Shown: positions 22,701-28,700 of the stretch, piece by piece
Layout of the letters: each line of letters opens with the position of its first letter
How positions within the stretch are numbered: position 1 is the first letter of the stretch
Source of the DNA: Candidatus Omnitrophota bacterium
GTDB taxonomy: Bacteria; Omnitrophota; Gorgyraeia; B26-G9
Reading direction: 5' to 3'
DNA length: 58,959 nt
NCBI GenBank assembly: GCA_018817585.1
Contig: JAHITE010000094.1
Location: forward strand, 1-58,959
Notes under the pieces: model-generated
The model's input: only the letters and a program-made list of their open reading frames with translations
Databases searched by the model: none
Told to the model about the DNA's origin: nothing
Made by a program: the position numbers and the translations under genes

Positions 22701-25700
22701 GCTCAAGAATCCAGACAAGCTACTTAAAGTTATTACTAAAAATACAGGTATGGGACAACTGGGTACTCCTTTGCGTTCAGGTTTTGATGATAAAAAAACG
22801 GCTCAGATTAAAACTCCTTTTAGAACAGTAAAAGATACTTTTACCGGAGATTGGATTATTTATTTAAAATCACTGGCACGCAATCTTGACGCTGTTCAGC
22901 AAAAAGAATTTGTTACTAAGTTGAAAAATCCATTGCTTACATACGAACAGACTCTTAGTATTATGCTCAATGAGTACGGGATATTACCGCTTGGGTATAA
23001 TGCAGAAGGCATGCCTTTTACTACTTTGATGACACAAGCTGTTTTTGAGGCTAAGTCAAAACAGGAAATGTTGAACGAGTTAAACCGTGAATTGAATCAT
23101 ATCGCAATTCCTGATCTTACTTTTCTTATGAAACACTTAGGAATTTCTTTGGATCCTGCAATAGCAAAGCCAAAATTAGCTGATTATAAAAATACTCTTA
23201 ATAAACACTTTTCTGCTATGAGTGATTCTGATCTAGAGAACTTGTTGAAAGAGTTGATGCTTAACAGACAAATAATTCATCAATTTATGATTTATCGTGT
23301 TGATAGTTATCAAAAAACTGTTCGGACTGCTCATCATGCTTCTATTGTAGGATATAAAGTATTTTTAAAACATGCTCTTGACCTTGATCATGAACCAACG
23401 GAAGCAGAGATAGTAAAGTATTTCAGGTCTATTTTTAGCTATATGAAAGTTTTAATGGGAAATGGAAGGTCTCATGGCGACATTATGTGGGAAGATCTAA
23501 AGGAACTTGGATGGGAAAGTGCATCTTACACAGATGGCAAACCAGATCACCATTTAAAATCTTGGGCTGATTTTGACAGCAGTCCTGAGGCTAATATTCA
23601 GCAATCGAATTGGGGTTTTAAAGTTGATAATTGGACAATGGCTCTAAGGTATGTTGATGATCCGGACGCGGTAATTTTTAATACTGACTGGGAGCATACA
23701 ATATTCCCCACAGACGCATTCTTATTGCCGTTTGTTGCCTATGAATTTACCAAACGCGAAGATCTGGGATTATTACTTACTGATTTACGGCAGGCTGATG
23801 AAGGCATGACTCCTACAGCTAAAGATCAGACAATGGCTGAAGATGTCTGGAATATTCGCATTATTCCTGCTGAGACTCGTTTTGGAACACCGGCAATGTA
23901 TGGACCGCTTATAATTCGTTTGCCTGCGATGCGTGACTTTGGGACTCCTGCAAGTAAAATAGAAGATACTTATACCGGACAGGAAGTCTTAAAATCAGGT
24001 TATAAATCTGATTTTACTCCGGCGATTAGTATGGGTAGAGGTAGAGAAAAGACTCAAGCTGGTATGCCTGGGTTTGTAAACAGGTTTGGCGGTCTTACAT
24101 TAGAGAATACATTGTCAACGCACTATCAGCAATTTTTAAAGAGTAAGTTTGTTCATTGGACTGAAAAATTAACCTTAATGTTTAATGATGATCACTATGT
24201 AAACCAGGTTCTGATTCCTCGCTATAACTTGACAATATTCCTGTTTGCGTTTTTTGTATCGTTTACTCCTTTTGCGTTTTTAGCAATACCATTGTTTTTT
24301 GTTTGCGCGCAATATATATTTGCGCAGGCAATAACTGCTGGCGGTGTTAGGAAAATGACAAAAGAATTTGGAGTCTGGAAAGGATATGGATTGTATTTAC
24401 AGCGTTTTTGGAGTCTGGTATTTACTTTTCTATCTTTGATATCAAATGATGCTCAAAAAACATCAGATGCTTTAGGCGGAAATAGCGGAGTTTTTGTTGG
24501 CGGGATGAAAGATGTTAAACATCCTTCAGACCGTTTTGGTTCTGTAGGAGATGATAAATCTATATATGGTAAGTTTAGAGAATCAACTAAATGGGGAGTT
24601 ATTTTAGCAGGAATTCTTTTGGTCGCGCCTTTACATCCATGGGGTGTTGCTGCTCAGTATTTTTTCTATGTTTTGCCATTTGCATTTATCTGGGGGCCAT
24701 TTTTGCATAATGCATTATATGGCAGAGACTCATTCAGAGGTAAGGTGCAATGGGATTATTTTAAGACAAAAAAGGCAGCATTTGATAATTTAAAAGGAAA
24801 GAGAAAATTTGGAGATTATGTTGACATGATCTTTGCTTTGCCTGTATTGAATCTTGCTCCAGTCACCGGATTTTTCTATGGGCTTATATCTATACCTTAT
24901 TTTATATTTGTAGACATTTTATGGGTTAATATCTTTAATCGTTTTATAATCAATCCTGCCGGAAAATTATTCAGAAATCTTAACTTTAAAACTATTACAG
25001 CTAAAACTTTCGGCATTACAGGTATTTCTATACAGTACAAAGATTTGACAGAAAGCTTTGTAAATGATCTGGAACTTAGATTTAATATATCAGGGGCAAG
25101 TGATAGTCGTTTTTCGCCGAATGGCAACCGCGCAGAAAGACTGGCTCAGATATTTAATGAAGCAATGCTTTATTTAGAAAGCACAGTTGTTCAAGATACA
25201 GTATTGAATGATTATTTGCAAGATTTACTGGTTAAGCAGGATAATCGTGCTCCTCCGATGGTTGTAAGAGTGAACAGCGCATTGCCGGTAAATGCTGCGC
25301 GCTATTATAATCCAAAACAAGGATGTGTAGAAATAATTCTTAATGAATTATTTACGCGTGAGTTGATTGCCGCATATGATGTTTATCCTCAGGCAGTGCT
25401 TACAATCATTGCTGAAAGATTATTCCATGAATTAGCGCACAATAATACTGTGGGTACAGATGCCCAAGAAAGAGAAGAGACAAAACAGATTCTTTTAAGA
25501 GATATTGCTCTGCATCAGCTGGTTATTAAATCAGGTAATCAAGCATTTGTTGATGATTATTTTGCTAATTCAAATCCTACATTTAAATCAGGTTATTATT
25601 TTAAAGCAGTTATCCAGGATCAGCTTATTCCGGTTTTAAATGATACAGCTGAATTTGATAAGCGGGTTAAGGCTTATCTGGATAATACTCTGCATCAAAT

Positions 25701-28700
25701 ACACAGCGAGCCTCTAAAAGGTATGGCTGATCAGAACATAATCATTAATAGCCCTGAGAAATTAGCCCAAGCATATGATATTAATTGGGAAAGCACAACT
25801 GCCATGGTTAAAGCTGGAAAAGCTCCGGCAGCTCCATTAAAGAATTTTAAACATGAAAAGTCAGATGTATCAATTATTGTTTCTGCCCCGGATTTTCCGC
25901 AAGCAATGAGAGATGCTTTAAGTAATATAGCTGAAGAATTAAAAGGTATATTCAAAGGGTTGGCAATTACTGATAATGAAATGATTCATGCAACTATTTT
26001 TGTTCTGGGAGATAATTATCCAATTACTCCTGATATGGCGAATAAAATAAGCGATATTCTTAAAGATATTGGGCCGCTTAAAATCAGGGTTAAAGGTCTT
26101 AATATGAGCTCAAATGGAAATATATTTGCTCAATGTTATGTGGAAGATGAAAAATTTTATAAACTTTTAAAGAAACTTGACTGGGGTTTTCCTGATGAAA
26201 CCAGGGGAAGCCGCATATTGCATATATCTTTAGCCAGAATATCAGAAGGTATAAGTTCTGACGAATTTAAACAACTCTATGATAAGGTTGCGCAATTACG
26301 GAATTTTGATTTTGGACAAGTTGTAATTAAAACTCCAGAACTTATTGAAGTATTAGATCGTTGGGGTTTTGCTGTCGGAAGATCATACACATTTTTTGTT
26401 GATGATTTGCTTTCAGATAATCTGCAAACAGGCAGAGCATTAAAAGATGAGTATATTACTAAGCTTGATGGCTTGAGACAGTCAGGTTCTATCAAACCTG
26501 CTGATAAATCACAGCTTAATTTTGAGATGACGGAAAAACAGCAGCAGCTTTATCTTCAAGCAATTAAAGAAGTTTTAGCAGAACGCAAAGAAGAAACTAT
26601 AACTCCCGCAATACTTTTTGAAGCAGCGGATCGTGCGACAAAGGATTATAAATCAACTTTAAAAGCTCGTGTGTGTTTGCAGCCAGGAACAATGAATCCT
26701 CTGCATTATGGTCAGATTACCGCATCGCTTGCTGGTATTTTAGGCCAGGTTAGTGAAGAAGACAAAGATAAAGAGGTCTTAACTTTGCTTGCTAATGGAG
26801 GCACAGTTCCAGATAAACCTTATGCTGCTTCAGCTAAGATACGCAATGAAATGGCTAAACAAGCAATAAAAGATCCCGATCTTGAAGAATGGCTGGAAGT
26901 TACTCCAATCAGAGGACAAGTTGTTAATATGTTCATGTCTGATCCTTATGCTTTAGAAAAAACCGGAAAAAATAGAGCAGCTAGAAGATTTAATATGGAT
27001 ATGGCTGGTTTTATCTGGTTGTTTGCCTCTAATCCAGAGGTAGATTGGATTTACCTTGTTGGTTCTGATAAGGTTGCCGGATATGGTAAGAAAAATGAAA
27101 AGGGTCTTATTGTTGATACATTAAGCAAAGCAAGAGTTAAAGTGGTGTATTTTTCCCGTACAGGTGAAGAAATTGATTATGAAAGAGATATTGAACCTTA
27201 TGAATGGATGAATGCATTAGAAAAACAGGGGTTTTTTGTGAAATCAGAAGTTTCCTCATTTGCCGATCTTTCAGCTACAAAAATTAGAAAGGCATTAATC
27301 TCTGGGGCTGATAATGTAGACAATATTCCTCTTGCAGCATCTGTGCCTCAGCAGGTAATAGACTATATAAAGCCTAATTCTTTGGCTGGCAGAACTTTAA
27401 TATTCCTTTATGATTTGGAAAACAGAGAAAAACAAGCTGATGAACAAGTAACAGCAGGTATTTTGCAAAGAGCTTTGTTTGCTTATGAACAGGCAATCAA
27501 AGATATTGAAAAAGAACAACAGAAAAATGATATTGCTGCTGATATTTTGGCTAAATTGCACGATAAAATATCAGAAAAGGTAGAAAAGCTTAAAGCTAAT
27601 ATACTAATTCAAAACCAGAATGCCCTGATGATTGAATCAGATATTTTCATAAATGATTTAAATGAATTATCGGAAAAATATTTTAATAAACCAAAATTGA
27701 CAAAAGATAAATATGATACTGCCAGAGCCATGGCTTATGAAGTAAACCGCAGATTATCAAGCCGTGATGGGATAAAAGCATTTGGTCGCAATCATAGACA
27801 GGGTCTAAACCCAGAGGTAATTGATCTTGAATATGATAGATATAATCGTGTGCTTGAGGGTGTTATTCAGATATTAAATCGCCATGAATATCCTAATGTT
27901 TTTGTTAATTCATGGGGGTATGATCCAGTAATACGTGAGCGTAATTTAGCTAAACTAAATGAACAATTTACTAAATTATTTTTTGTGAACATTGTAAAAG
28001 GAATGCGGAAAATACTGGCAAGAACAGGGTTTATCGCTAATGCCTCGCCTGCTGCTAGAATTATAATCAATGATTTAAGGATTCTTAAAGAAGATGAGAT
28101 AGAAAAAATGACAGCGCGTGAACTGGCGGATAATATTATTAAGCCTTTGATTGATACACCAGTTGGTTTGAGCATATTTGAGGATATGCAGGAAAAATTC
28201 ATGTTATACTCCGCAGCTCCTGGTACAGGTAAAGGCGCATTAATAGAAAACACCTTCAACCCTGTAAAAAAAGGTGTGGGATATCCTGGGCTAGTAAATA
28301 AACTAATGCTTTATCATACAAGAGATCCGCATAATGAAAATACAGGAAGACTTTCGGAAAAAGACGGATTAGCTTATCACTTCCGTACCCAGGCTGAATT
28401 GGAAACCCTGGAAAGACAAGGAAGAATTGAAACCGCTTGGGTAAATAAACAGTTGCAAGGCTTAGCCAGTAAAGATTTTGAAGAGACAGTTGTTTTAAAT
28501 AAAGAGGATATCAATATACAGGATAGTAGACAAACATTGTTGGATTCAGACCTGATAATAGAAGAAAGAGAAAATCAATATATAGTTAAACGAAAAATAA
28601 GAGGTTCTCAGGCAGTTTTTGATGGAAATAAACCAGTTGTTTTAGAAGGTGGTTATGGCTGGTTTTTATCATTAAAAGATCGTTATCCAGATATTACAGT

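Noticed and set aside
25426-25440. HELAH (HExxH) motif suggesting a zinc metalloprotease module.
   Set aside because: A bare five-residue motif occurs by chance in a 9,600-residue protein. I could not recognise a third ligand motif or a known metzincin/gluzincin context. It is worth a profile search but not reported as a domain.
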